Below are positions 48,611 through 56,661 of a stretch of DNA of 56,661 nucleotides, piece after piece (the stretch's first letter is position 1; each line of letters begins with the position of its first letter). A program made the translations under genes and the position numbers. The notes under the pieces are model-generated. The model was not told the DNA's origin and searched no databases. It worked only from the letters and a program-made list of their open reading frames with translations. The DNA is taken from NCBI GenBank assembly GCA_007571315.1, contig RKRP01000139.1, positions 1 through 56,661 of the forward strand. The letters run 5' to 3'. Source of the stretch: Gammaproteobacteria bacterium. Its GTDB lineage: Bacteria > Pseudomonadota > Gammaproteobacteria > Steroidobacterales > Foliamicaceae.

Positions 48611-50776
48611 ATGAAGACTCAATTCCTGCTTTGCCTGACATCAGCCGCGATGCTTGCCTGCGTTGGCGATAATCCGCAGATGCCCCCGGAATCCACGCAA
48701 GCTGTTGCGCCCGTCGCCGAGCGGCGCCCGCACTCCTACACGCGCCACGGCGTTACGATCGAGGACCCCTACCATTGGCTGAAGGATGCCAGCTATCCGC
48801 AGGTGGACGATCCCGGCATCCTGGCCTACCTGGAGGCGGAGAATGCCTACTTCGAGAGCGTAATGCACCCGCGCCGCGGTCTGGTGCAAACCTTGTTCGA
48901 GGAAATCAAGGCGCGCCAGCAACCGGATGACTTCGGCGTGCCCTGGCTGGAGGGCGGCTGGTATTACCAGTGGCGGTTCGAGCAAGGCGGCCAGTACCGC
49001 ATTTGGCAGCGTTGGCCCGCCAACGGCGCGGGCGCCCGCTCCGGGCCGGGCGCCAACGCCCGCACCGTGCTGGACGAGCCGGAACTCGCGCGCGGCCAAG
49101 AGTATTTCCGCCTGGGCGCTTTCGCCGTGAGCAACGGCGGAGGGCTTTTGGCCTACAGCGCCGACACCAACGGCTCGGAACGGTACGCGCTCAGAATCAA
49201 GGACCTGGAAAGCGGGGAATTGCTCCCTCTGCGAATCGAAAACACCATCGGCAGCCCCGTTTGGGCGGCGGACGATTCGGCTTTGCTGTATGTGGTGGTG
49301 GATGAGAACTGGCGACCCTACCAGGTTCGCCGGCATGTTCTGGGCCAGCCCGCAGCAAGCGACAGCGTCGTTTACGAGGAAAGCGACCCCGCCTTCTTCG
49401 TGAGTTTGTCGCTGTCCGGCTCCAGGCGCTACCTGCTGATTCACGCCGCCGACAACGTCACCTCCGAGGCGCGCTTCATTCCCGCCGGCGAGACCGATGC
49501 GAAACCGCGCCTGCTGGCGCCCCGGCGCGAGCGCCACGAATACAGCGTGGATCATCAGCGCGGCCGTTTCGTAATCCGCAGCAACAACCGGCACAAGAAT
49601 TTCCGGCTGCTTGCCACGCCCGAGGACAACCCTTCCGAGGAAGCCTGGGAGCCGCTGCTGGAAGGCTCCGGCGAACTCTACATTCGCGGCTTCGACGTGT
49701 TCGCCGACTTCATTGCGGTGGTGGAGCGCATCAATGGCGTTAACGGCATTCGGCTGATCCGCCGCGACGGCAGCCATGTTCAAGTTCCCCTGCCGGAAAC
49801 CGCCTGCTCGGTGGGGCTGGGCGACAATGCCGAGTACGAGACGCAAACGCTGCGGCTCGATTACTCCTCGATGATTACGCCTTCCACGGTGTTCGATTAC
49901 CACCTGGGCTCCGGCGCACTGGAGGCCCGCAAGGTGCGGGAAATTCCCAGCGGCTACGACAAGGAACTCTACGTTGCCGAACGCCTCACGGCCGCCGCCC
50001 GCGACGGCGCCGAGGTGCCCGTTTCGATAGTGCGGCGCAAGGACACGGCAGTGGACGGCAAGGCGCCCTTGTATCTGTACGGATACGGCGCCTACGGATA
50101 CGCCATAGCGCCCTCGTTTTCCTCTGCCCGGCTGTCGCTTCTGGACCGCGGCTTCATATACGCCATTGCCCATATTCGCGGCGGCGACGACCTCGGCTAC
50201 CACTGGCACGAGCAAGGCAAGCTCGGCCAGCGGGTCAACACCTTCAACGACTTTGTGGATGTAGCTCGGCATCTCGCCGCGGAGGGTTACGCGGCCGAGG
50301 GCCGCATTGCCATTGCCGGCGGCAGCGCGGGCGGAGAACTGATGGGCGCGGTGGTCAATCAGGCGCCCGGGTTATGGGGCGCGGTGGCGGCTCACGTGCC
50401 GTTTGTGGATGTGCTCAACACGATGCTGGACGAGTCGCTTCCGCTCACCCCCGCGGAATGGCCGGAGTGGGGCAATCCCATCGAAGACCCGGACGCCTTT
50501 GCCCTGATTCGTTCCTATTCCCCCTACGACCAGCTCAAACCGGGCCGCTATCCGCCAATGCTGGTGACCGGCGGCTTGAACGATCCGCGGGTGACCTATT
50601 GGGAGCCTGCCAAGTACGTCGCCAAGCTGCGAACGCTCAAAACCGGCAGCAGCCCGCTGCTGCTCAAAACCAACATGGGGGCCGGCCACGGCGGCAAGTC
50701 GGGCCGCTACGATTCGCTCTACGAGGTGGCCGAGGAATACGCCTTCATGCTCTGGTCGCTCGGGCTGGCGGAATAA
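48611..50776 (+). CDS. ptrB: S9A prolyl oligopeptidase family protease (oligopeptidase B-like) lipoprotein
   Basis: 721 aa. Lipobox AMLAC, a beta-propeller N-terminal half, and a catalytic domain with GGSAGGELMG (Ser nucleophile), GGLNDPRV (Asp) and GAGHGG (His). Confidence 0.88.
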   Translation: MKTQFLLCLTSAAMLACVGDNPQMPPESTQAVAPVAERRPHSYTRHGVTIEDPYHWLKDASYPQVDDPGILAYLEAENAYFESVMHPRRGLVQTLFEEIKARQQPDDFGVPWLEGGWYYQWRFEQGGQYRIWQRWPANGAGARSGPGANARTVLDEPELARGQEYFRLGAFAVSNGGGLLAYSADTNGSERYALRIKDLESGELLPLRIENTIGSPVWAADDSALLYVVVDENWRPYQVRRHVLGQPAASDSVVYEESDPAFFVSLSLSGSRRYLLIHAADNVTSEARFIPAGETDAKPRLLAPRRERHEYSVDHQRGRFVIRSNNRHKNFRLLATPEDNPSEEAWEPLLEGSGELYIRGFDVFADFIAVVERINGVNGIRLIRRDGSHVQVPLPETACSVGLGDNAEYETQTLRLDYSSMITPSTVFDYHLGSGALEARKVREIPSGYDKELYVAERLTAAARDGAEVPVSIVRRKDTAVDGKAPLYLYGYGAYGYAIAPSFSSARLSLLDRGFIYAIAHIRGGDDLGYHWHEQGKLGQRVNTFNDFVDVARHLAAEGYAAEGRIAIAGGSAGGELMGAVVNQAPGLWGAVAAHVPFVDVLNTMLDESLPLTPAEWPEWGNPIEDPDAFALIRSYSPYDQLKPGRYPPMLVTGGLNDPRVTYWEPAKYVAKLRTLKTGSSPLLLKTNMGAGHGGKSGRYDSLYEVAEEYAFMLWSLGLAE

Positions 50777-50903
50777 CCCCCGCGGCCCCCTTCGGGCTTA
50801 TGATTGGCGGGACAGCGCGCCAGGGCCTGACGGATTCCCTGCGGCCTTGCCTTGTTTGGCCTTGCCTTGAGAGATACGCCGTAGCGCGCTTGTCATTGCC
50901 GGA

Positions 50904-51455
50904 ATGATCGCTGACGCATCCTTTTTCGCCATACTCACCCTCACAGGGCTGGCGTTCGTTCCAGCCTTGGCTCACAAGCTGCGCGCGCCCGCCGCTTTTG
51001 TCGAGGCGGTGCGCCAATACCAGCTGCTGCCAGGGGCGCTGGCGCCGCCCGCGGCCATTTTCCTGGTGGTCGCCGAACTCTCCACGGTTGCGCTGATTGC
51101 CGCATCCCTGGCCGGGGCGCGCGCCGGCCAGCATTTGCCGGGGCGCCTGGGTTTGGGCCTGGGCGGTTGCTTGCTGGCGCTCTACGGGCTGGCCATGTCC
51201 GTTAATCTGGCGCGCAAGCGGTTTGGGCTGGATTGCGGCTGCTCCCGGGGGCATATGCCGATTTCCGGCGGCTTGGCGCTGCGCAACTTCGGCTTGGCGC
51301 TGCTGGCCTGGGCCGGGGCGATGATAAGCGCCTCCGCAGCGCAAACGCTGGCATTGGGCGCCGCCGCCGGAACCGTTCTTTTTCTGGCCTGCCAGACCGG
51401 CACGCGGATTTTGTCCAACCAGCTTCAGGGCCGGATGTTGAGCAAGCAGCCGTGA
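50904..51455 (+). CDS. mauE: MauE/DoxX-like membrane protein
   Basis: 183 aa with four to five hydrophobic segments and a central LDCGC motif typical of MauE-family proteins. It is followed by a MauD-like thioredoxin-fold gene with a GTGA overlap. Confidence 0.7.
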   Translation: MIADASFFAILTLTGLAFVPALAHKLRAPAAFVEAVRQYQLLPGALAPPAAIFLVVAELSTVALIAASLAGARAGQHLPGRLGLGLGGCLLALYGLAMSVNLARKRFGLDCGCSRGHMPISGGLALRNFGLALLAWAGAMISASAAQTLALGAAAGTVLFLACQTGTRILSNQLQGRMLSKQP

Positions 51456-52099
51456 CTGAGCTGCAAATGGCCTCCATGGTGCTGTTGTGGGTCGTGGTGC
51501 TCGTTTTGGGGGTGCTGCTGTTTGCGCTGGCCCGGCAGGTGGGCGTAATCCTGGAGCGCGTGTCGCCGGTGGGCGCTCTAATGACCAGCGCGTCCTTGCA
51601 AGTGGGCGCCCCGGCGCCGCCCCTGCGATTGCGAACGCTGGACGGCAAGCCGCTGGAGCTGGGCGCCGCCGCCGGGAACCCGGAAAATGCGCGGGCCTTG
51701 CTGCTGCTTTTTGTGGGCCCCAAGTGCCCCGTGTGCAAATCGCTGCTGCCGGCGGCAAGGTCCATGGCCCGGCGCGAGGCGGCGCGGATGCAGCTGGTGC
51801 TGGCGAGCGATGGCGGCAGCGAGGAGGCGCATCGGCGCTATGTGTCCCGGCACCGGCTTGAAGGCATTCCCTATGTGGTGTCGGAGCTTTTAGGGCGCGC
51901 CTATGGCGTGGCCAAACTGCCCTACGCGGTGCTGATCGACGAGAACCAGCGAATCGCGTCGTTCGGCATGGTCAACTCCCGCGAGCACCTCGAGAGCCTT
52001 CTCGAAGCCAAGGACAAGGGCGTCGGATCCCTGCAGCAGTTCCTCGCCGGGCAGCCCAAAGCCGAATCGCCGCCGCCCTCCCCGCAGGACGCGCCCTAG
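51452..52099 (+). CDS. mauD: MauD-like membrane-anchored thioredoxin-fold protein (CPVC)
   Basis: Start at the GTG at 51452 (overlapping the mauE stop) or the ATG at 51467. TM anchor MASMVLLWVVVLVLGVLLFAL, then LLLFVGPKCPVCKSLLP and KLPYAVLIDE, typical of TlpA/MauD-like redoxins. Confidence 0.7.
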   Translation: MTELQMASMVLLWVVVLVLGVLLFALARQVGVILERVSPVGALMTSASLQVGAPAPPLRLRTLDGKPLELGAAAGNPENARALLLLFVGPKCPVCKSLLPAARSMARREAARMQLVLASDGGSEEAHRRYVSRHRLEGIPYVVSELLGRAYGVAKLPYAVLIDENQRIASFGMVNSREHLESLLEAKDKGVGSLQQFLAGQPKAESPPPSPQDAP

Positions 52100-52147
52100 G
52101 CCCTTGCGGGCCGAATTGATGCCTTGATTGATGCCCGGAACGGCGGC

Positions 52148-55100
52148 ATGAGCGAAGAAGCGCCCATTCGCGAAGGCCAAATCCTCACCGGCCCCCTGTT
52201 CAACGAGCCGATGCGGGTGGAGCGCGCGCGCTCGAACGGGCCAGGCTCGTGGCTCGCGAGCCTGGTTGGAACGCAAACGGAACAGTTCCGCAAGGTCCCG
52301 CTCTCCCGCAACGACCTCAAGAACCTTGCGATTACGGAATCCGCCTGCTCGTACGACGGCGACGGCCGGATTCTCCGGCTGGGCCTGGAGGCTCATGCGC
52401 TCGGCATCGCCCACGAGTTTGATCCGTACTTCGGGTTGTCGATGTCGCGCGTCGATCCACTGCCGCATCAACTCGAAGCCGTTTACGGGCACCTGCTCAA
52501 ACTGTCCACCGTGCGCTTTTTGCTCGCCGACGATGCCGGCGCAGGCAAGACGATCATGGCCGGGCTGCTGGTGCGCGAACTCATGCTTCGCGGACTGGCC
52601 GAGCGGATACTCGTGGTCTGCCCCGCCAACCTCGCCTTCCAGTGGCAGCGCGAGCTCAAGGAGAAGTTCGACGAGAAGTTCATCGTTCTCAAGGGCGGCG
52701 ACCTGCGCGAGCAGTTCGGCGTCAACCAGTGGATGGAGCAGAAGCGGATCATCACCTCGCTGGATCTGGCGAAACGGACCGAGATTCTGCCCGGGCTCAA
52801 ACAGGCGCATTGGGATCTGGTGATTGTGGACGAGGCGCACCGAATGTCGGCCAGCGACGAGACCCGCAAGAGCTTGCGCTACAAACTTGGCGAAATTCTG
52901 CGCGACAGCGCCGACCACATCCTGTTGCTGACCGCCACGCCGCACAAGGGCGACCCGAAGAACTTCACCCTGTTCTTGCAGCTTCTGGACCAGGACGCCT
53001 ATGCGGATGTCAAATCGATCCGGGAAGCCATGAGCCGCCGCCGGGCGCCCTTCTACCTGCGCCGCACCAAGGAGGCGATGGTTTATTTCCCGGAGCGCCA
53101 GCCGAACGGGGAGTGGGAAGCGCGCCCGGTGTTCACCCGGCGCATTCCGCAAACGGTCGATTTCAAAATCGACGGCGCTGAACACGAGCTGTACCGGGAG
53201 GTTACCCGCTTCGTGAAGCGGCAAAGCGCCCGCGCCGCGGCCCAGGGCGACAATCCCCGCGCCCGCGCCGTCGGCTTCCTCATGGCGCTGTACCAGCGGC
53301 GCCTCGCCTCCAGCACCCATGCGATGCGGCGCTCGCTGGAGAACCGCGCCAAGCGCCTGGCGGACGGGCTTCAGCGCGCGCAAACACTGGTTCGGGCCGC
53401 GCCGCCCGCAATTCCCGATTCCGAGGATATCGAGGAGATGGATGACGCGGACCGCGAGCGGTTTGAAGCGCTGCTTGATGCCATCAATCTGGCCGAAAAC
53501 GCGGAACAAGCGCGCGAGGAAATCGCCGAGTTGCGGCATCTTGCTCAAAGCGCGCAGGCGGTCGAAGCGTCGGGCAACGAAGCCAAGCTCGCCCGGCTGC
53601 GCGGCATTCTGCAAAAGGAGGGGTTTTTCGACGACCCCGGCCAGCGCTTGCTGCTGTTCACGGAATTCAAGGACACGCTCAACTACCTGATGGAGCGGCT
53701 CCGGGACTGGGGCTTTAAGGTTGGCTGCATCCATGGCGGAATGAAGCCCGGGTCGCGCGATGAGCCCGGCAGCCGCATCCACGCCGAGCAGCAGTTCCGC
53801 GAAGGCGTGATTCAGGTGCTGGTTGCTACCGAGGCGGCTGGCGAAGGCATCAATCTTCAGTGTTGCCACATCCTGTTCAATTACGACATTCCGTGGAACC
53901 CCAACCGCCTGGAGCAGCGCATGGGGCGCATCCACCGCTACGGCCAGGCGCGCGACTGCCTGATCTTCAACTTTGTCGCCACCAACACCATTGAAGGCCG
54001 GGTGCTTAACCGCCTATTGGACAAGCTTCAGGAGATTCGCGACGCGCTGGATAACGATGCCGTGTTCAACGTGGTGGGCGAAGTGCTGCCCGCCGCGCAG
54101 GTCGAGCGCGCGCTGCGGGACTACTACGCCGGCAAACTGGGCGATGCCGACCTCGAAGACCGCATGCTCAAGGATATGGACGAGGGCCGGTTCCGGGCAA
54201 TCTGTGAAACCGCGCTCGAAGGCCTGGCCACAAGGAAACTGAACCTCGACATGCTGGTGGAGCGCCGCGCCCGGGCGCAGGAGCGGCGCGTTGTGCCGGA
54301 AACCATCGCGCGCTTCATGCGGGAAAGCGCGCAGGACGCGGCGCTCGCTCTGAAACCGGTGGCGCGCCTCGCCCACGCATTCGAGCCGGGCCGCACGCCC
54401 GCCGCGCTGAAGGAGCGCGAACGCGCCGCGGACTGGAGGCTGCCGGAACTCGCGGCGCGTTATCCGCGCCTGTCAACGGACCGGGAAACCGCGGACAAGC
54501 ACCATCTTGAGTGGATTACGCCCGGCCATCCGCTGTTCGAGGCGCTGCGGCGGCACAGCCTGGATAAAGCGCAGGACGCATTCGCGCGCGGCGCCTGCTT
54601 CCACTCCCTGAGCCACGAGGCGCCGGCGCGCCTTGATGTTTATCGGGCCAAGGTGGTGGACGGCCTGGGGCGCACGGTCAACGAGCGGCTTTTCGCCGTG
54701 GAGTTGACCGGGAACGGCGACCCGCAACTGCGCGAACCCCGGATTCTGGGCAACCTCATGCCTGCGGCAACGCCGGACGAACTCTCGGCCGCGGCATTCC
54801 TGCCGGAGGCGGAGCAGTGGCTGATGGAGAACGCGCTAACGCCATTTTTGGAAAAGGTTCGCTCGGAACGCTCCGCCGAGGTTGCGCGAATCGCCGAGCA
54901 TGTTGAACTGTCCCTCACCGAGGCGCTGCTCCGGACCGACCGGGAAATAGGCCGCGCTAACGACGAGAAGGACCAGGCTGTTGCCGGCGCCGAGGGCCGT
55001 CTGGCCCAGGCCGAGGCGCGCCATGACAATCTGCTGGCAAGGCGTGACAGGCGCCGTAAGGAACTCCGGCAGGAGCAGGCCTTGACCCTGCAGGGCATCG

Positions 55101-55573
55101 AGAGGCTGGCCAGCGCCCTGATTCTGCCCCACCCCGAACGGGACACTTCGGAAGTCCGGAATCTGCGCCCGAGCTCCGAAACCGAGATGACCGCAATGCG
55201 CGTGGTTATGGAATACGAAACGGCGCGCGGCTGCCACGTGGAGGATGTTCACGAAAAGAACCTCGGCTACGACATCACCAGCCGCCACCTCCAATCCGGC
55301 GAACTGCGCCTGATCGAAATCAAGGGGTTCGCCGCGCGCGGCGGCGCCATTCTGCTTTCACCCAACGAGTACCGCGTGGCCGAGGACCGCCGCGACTGCT
55401 ACTGGCTCTACGTAGTCACCGATTGCGCCAGCGAACCCACGCTGCAGAAACCGGTCAAGGACCCCGTCCGCCACCCCTGGCGCGAAGTCTCCAAAGTGCA
55501 GCACTACCAACTCAACGTTAGCGCAATGACCGCACCCATTACCGTTCAGGAAGATCGGACGGGACACGGATAA
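52148..55573 (+). CDS. SNF2-family helicase with C-terminal DUF3883 (PD-(D/E)xK-like) domain
   Basis: 1141 aa from the ATG at 52148. Motif I LADDAGAGKT, II VIVDEAHRM, III LLLTATPHKG, V/VI LVATEAAGEGINLQ and QRMGRIHRYGQ. The C-terminal ~120 aa read EMTAMRVVMEYETARGCHVEDVHEKNLGYDITS...LRLIEIKG...YWLYVV (DUF3883 pattern). Confidence 0.85.
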   Translation: MSEEAPIREGQILTGPLFNEPMRVERARSNGPGSWLASLVGTQTEQFRKVPLSRNDLKNLAITESACSYDGDGRILRLGLEAHALGIAHEFDPYFGLSMSRVDPLPHQLEAVYGHLLKLSTVRFLLADDAGAGKTIMAGLLVRELMLRGLAERILVVCPANLAFQWQRELKEKFDEKFIVLKGGDLREQFGVNQWMEQKRIITSLDLAKRTEILPGLKQAHWDLVIVDEAHRMSASDETRKSLRYKLGEILRDSADHILLLTATPHKGDPKNFTLFLQLLDQDAYADVKSIREAMSRRRAPFYLRRTKEAMVYFPERQPNGEWEARPVFTRRIPQTVDFKIDGAEHELYREVTRFVKRQSARAAAQGDNPRARAVGFLMALYQRRLASSTHAMRRSLENRAKRLADGLQRAQTLVRAAPPAIPDSEDIEEMDDADRERFEALLDAINLAENAEQAREEIAELRHLAQSAQAVEASGNEAKLARLRGILQKEGFFDDPGQRLLLFTEFKDTLNYLMERLRDWGFKVGCIHGGMKPGSRDEPGSRIHAEQQFREGVIQVLVATEAAGEGINLQCCHILFNYDIPWNPNRLEQRMGRIHRYGQARDCLIFNFVATNTIEGRVLNRLLDKLQEIRDALDNDAVFNVVGEVLPAAQVERALRDYYAGKLGDADLEDRMLKDMDEGRFRAICETALEGLATRKLNLDMLVERRARAQERRVVPETIARFMRESAQDAALALKPVARLAHAFEPGRTPAALKERERAADWRLPELAARYPRLSTDRETADKHHLEWITPGHPLFEALRRHSLDKAQDAFARGACFHSLSHEAPARLDVYRAKVVDGLGRTVNERLFAVELTGNGDPQLREPRILGNLMPAATPDELSAAAFLPEAEQWLMENALTPFLEKVRSERSAEVARIAEHVELSLTEALLRTDREIGRANDEKDQAVAGAEGRLAQAEARHDNLLARRDRRRKELRQEQALTLQGIERLASALILPHPERDTSEVRNLRPSSETEMTAMRVVMEYETARGCHVEDVHEKNLGYDITSRHLQSGELRLIEIKGFAARGGAILLSPNEYRVAEDRRDCYWLYVVTDCASEPTLQKPVKDPVRHPWREVSKVQHYQLNVSAMTAPITVQEDRTGHG
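55334..55422 (+). repeat. 89-bp direct repeat, copy A (inside the helicase DUF3883 coding region)
   Basis: gcgcgcggcggcgccattctgctttcaccc...ctacgtagtcaccga matches 56052-56140 at 85 of 89 positions by eye. Mismatches are at 55351, 55363, 55370 and 55371. Confidence 0.9.
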
Positions 55574-55681
55574 CCGAGGACATGCAAGCAAGCAATGCGA
55601 GCCGTGTTGTATTAGTATCGCTGCTTGTCTGGCCCGTGAATTGCACAAAAATTGTCAGGCTCTGAAGGCGGAGAGGCAACC

Positions 55682-55933
55682 ATGAAGACGGAACACGAAC
55701 TGCTCGAACGCATCACTGCTCGACCGGATGTTTTCGGCGGCAAGCCGATTATCCGCGACATGCGGATTTCCGTGGAACTCATATTGAGCCTGCTTTCGCA
55801 GGGCGTGACTCCCGCCGCCATTCTTGACGACTATCCCGATCTGGAGCCCGAGGACATCCGCGCTTGCAACGCTTATGCGCGGGCGGTCGTCGCCGGGGAT
55901 ACGCTGGATGCCGTTGCGGTAAGAAGCGCATGA
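55682..55933 (+). CDS. DUF433 domain antitoxin-like protein
   Basis: MKTEHELLERITARPDVFGGKPIIRDMRISVELILSLLSQGVTPAAILDDYPDLEPEDIRACNAYA matches the DUF433 pattern. Its stop overlaps the next gene's ATG (ATGA). Confidence 0.8.
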   Translation: MKTEHELLERITARPDVFGGKPIIRDMRISVELILSLLSQGVTPAAILDDYPDLEPEDIRACNAYARAVVAGDTLDAVAVRSA

Positions 55934-56133
55934 GATTCCTCGTCGACCGCTGCGCCGGTCGACGTTTGGCGGACTGGCTTCGCAGCATTGGGCACGAGGT
56001 GGTTGAAGCCCGCACGATCGGTCCCGACCCCGGGGATAGCGCGCTTCTTGAGCGCGCGGCGGCGCCATGCTGCTTTCACCGAACGAGCGCCGCGTGGCCG
56101 AGGACCGCCGCGACTGCTACTGGCTCTACGTAG
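55930..56133 (+). pseudogene. truncated DUF5615 (Mut7-C/PIN-like) toxin gene fused to a DUF3883-derived fragment
   Basis: MRFLVDRCAGRRLADWLRSIGHEVVEARTIGPDPGDSALLERAAA is a typical DUF5615 N-terminal half. From about 56052 the DNA becomes the 89-bp helicase-derived repeat read out of frame (PCCFHRTSAAWPRTAATATGST). The expected C-terminal half of the family is missing. Confidence 0.6.
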
Positions 56134-56140
56134 TCACCGA
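56052..56140 (+). repeat. 89-bp direct repeat, copy B (DUF3883 coding fragment outside any intact gene)
   Basis: In the DUF3883 frame it reads ARGGAMLLSPNERRVAEDRRDCYWLYVVTE, against ARGGAILLSPNEYRVAEDRRDCYWLYVVTD in the helicase. Similarity ends abruptly on both sides. Confidence 0.9.
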
Positions 56141-56305
56141 ACTATTGGCTCACAGTCGACACAATGACTGCACCCAGCCAAGCCTTGAGTCGGCCCGATA
56201 GAGCAGGGGTAGAGTATGATTCCGCGTTATGGCACGGATCAGGCTAATTGCAGGGCAATCTGCAAATCCAGAACGGAGACCTAGGAACCAAGAGGAGACC
56301 CCATA

Positions 56306-56518
56306 ATGAACACTCAGCGAAATTCTGATCGCCCTTCATCAAAGCGCGCTGCGGAGCATGCAGCAATGCTTGAAGCTGCGCTGTCTCGCCCCGGAGTTCG
56401 TGAAATGATGGAGGTCTATGGCGGCTGGCAAGAGAAGGATAGAGGGCTTGATTCCTACCGTGCGGCCACGAAGAGGCCGGGGCGGGTCACGACGACGAAC
56501 TCTTCGAGCACCCGCTGA
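56306..56518 (+). CDS. hypothetical small protein
   Basis: 70-aa ORF preceded by a good RBS (aagaggag, 7 nt upstream), in a lower-GC stretch. I recognised no family. Confidence 0.35.
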   Translation: MNTQRNSDRPSSKRAAEHAAMLEAALSRPGVREMMEVYGGWQEKDRGLDSYRAATKRPGRVTTTNSSSTR

Positions 56519-56661
56519 CAAACAAACGGAATGATCGCAAGGAGCGAGCGGCCGACGTTTCGGGCTGGCTCGCCGAGCATGACAACTTCAAGAGTCACTC
56601 AAGGCATATATCCCGGGCCGAAGCCGAGAAACATCGGTTGGCGATCGTTCGCCTGGAGAAC

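Noticed and set aside
50843-50869. Tandem 12-mer ggccttgccttg repeated twice (spacer ttt) between ptrB and mauE.
   Set aside because: There are only two units, it is short, and it has no symmetry or known motif. It could arise by slippage and does not support a functional claim.
52115-52135. Direct repeat attgatgcc-ttg-attgatgcc just upstream of the helicase ATG.
   Set aside because: It might be an operator or a duplication around alternative TTG/ATG starts. Two 9-mers alone are weak evidence and no regulator gene is adjacent.
55574-55681. Imperfect hairpin (gcaagcaagc...gctgcttg) after the helicase stop as a rho-independent terminator.
   Set aside because: The stem is imperfect and no U-tract follows, so a terminator call is not supported.

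Overview
GC-rich proteobacterial (gamma/beta-like) chromosome segment centred on the replication-origin neighbourhood. A minus-strand block (oppB-like, oppA-like, mnmG, mnmE, yidC, rnpA, rpmH) diverges from plus-strand dnaA-dnaN-recF-gyrB. The AT-rich dnaA-dnaN spacer, which carries DnaA-box-like 9-mers, is the best oriC candidate. The rest is mostly housekeeping (glyQ-glyS-gmhB-plsC, glnA, gpsA/pyrD, yibN-like rhodanese, envC-like, mdh, gshA, ptrB-like) interleaved with less ordinary content. (1) A tight four-gene cluster directly upstream of glyQS: SnoaL-like, Tat-exported DUF1838-like, an HMG-CoA-synthase-like/DUF35 fusion lacking the expected Glu/Cys, and a thiolase. (2) A partial mevalonate cluster (HMG-CoA synthase, diphosphomevalonate decarboxylase, phosphomevalonate kinase, prenyl synthase) with no HMG-CoA reductase, mevalonate kinase or IPP isomerase in the window. 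(3) A DhaL-DegV single-chain fatty-acid-kinase-like fusion. (4) A PEP-carboxylase homologue with eroded catalytic motifs, 2 nt downstream of gshA. (5) Three copies of a ~130-150 bp palindromic element at convergent gene ends; the arms covary between copies and the central loop is inverted in one copy. (6) A mosaic right end: mauE/mauD-like pair, a 1141-aa SNF2 helicase with a DUF3883 (PD-(D/E)xK-like) tail, a DUF433/DUF5615 toxin-antitoxin pair with a truncated toxin, an 89-bp duplication of helicase coding sequence, and a compositional break. I recognised no rRNA, tRNA, CRISPR array, transposase or integrase. Many long antisense ORFs in the track are GC-content artefacts. All homology calls are by-eye motif recognition and need database confirmation.
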